DNA from: Chiloscyllium plagiosum
Lineage: Eukaryota
NCBI RefSeq assembly: GCF_004010195.1
Contig: NC_057749.1
Span: forward strand, 16,496,524 to 16,560,523
Reading direction: 5' to 3'
Length of the DNA stretch: 64,000 nucleotides
Shown here: in pieces, positions 63,923 through 64,000 of the stretch
How positions within the stretch are numbered: the first letter of the stretch is position 1
Layout of the letters: each line of letters begins with the position of its first letter
Translations under genes and position numbers: made by a program
The notes under the pieces: generated by a model
The model's database searches: none
What the model was told of the DNA's origin: nothing
The model's input: only the letters and a program-made list of their open reading frames with translations

Positions 63923-64000
63923 TGGCTAATGCCCATTATGTAGGATAGAGTTAATCAGTAGCTGTCCCTCAGTCTAGGTTTGAGCTATAGGGGGAGGCTG

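Overview
Vertebrate genomic DNA, most likely a shark: the SINE, CR1 and Penelope repeat complement is typical of elasmobranchs (inference). There is one 512-nt assembly gap. The right half holds a complete, intact minus-strand MAN2A2 (Golgi alpha-mannosidase IIx, GH38) gene. It has 22 coding exons from 62943 to 28542 that splice in frame to 1148 aa, a probable 81-nt cassette exon and a CpG-island promoter. The left end holds a full-length but decayed Gmr1-type Ty3/Gypsy LTR retrotransposon (1721-8570) with PR-IN-RT-RH order and a SCAN-like gag, inserted into a tRNA-derived SINE. The most unusual signals are three. (1) At least four families of Penelope-like repeats carry minimal hammerhead ribozyme cores; several are intact and sense to the MAN2A2 pre-mRNA, and one is a tandem pair 296 nt apart. 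(2) Two perfect inverted copies (64 and 89 nt) of MAN2A2 exon sequence sit in adjacent introns. (3) There is a Russian-doll nest of retroelements. All calls were made by reading the sequence; no database searches were run.
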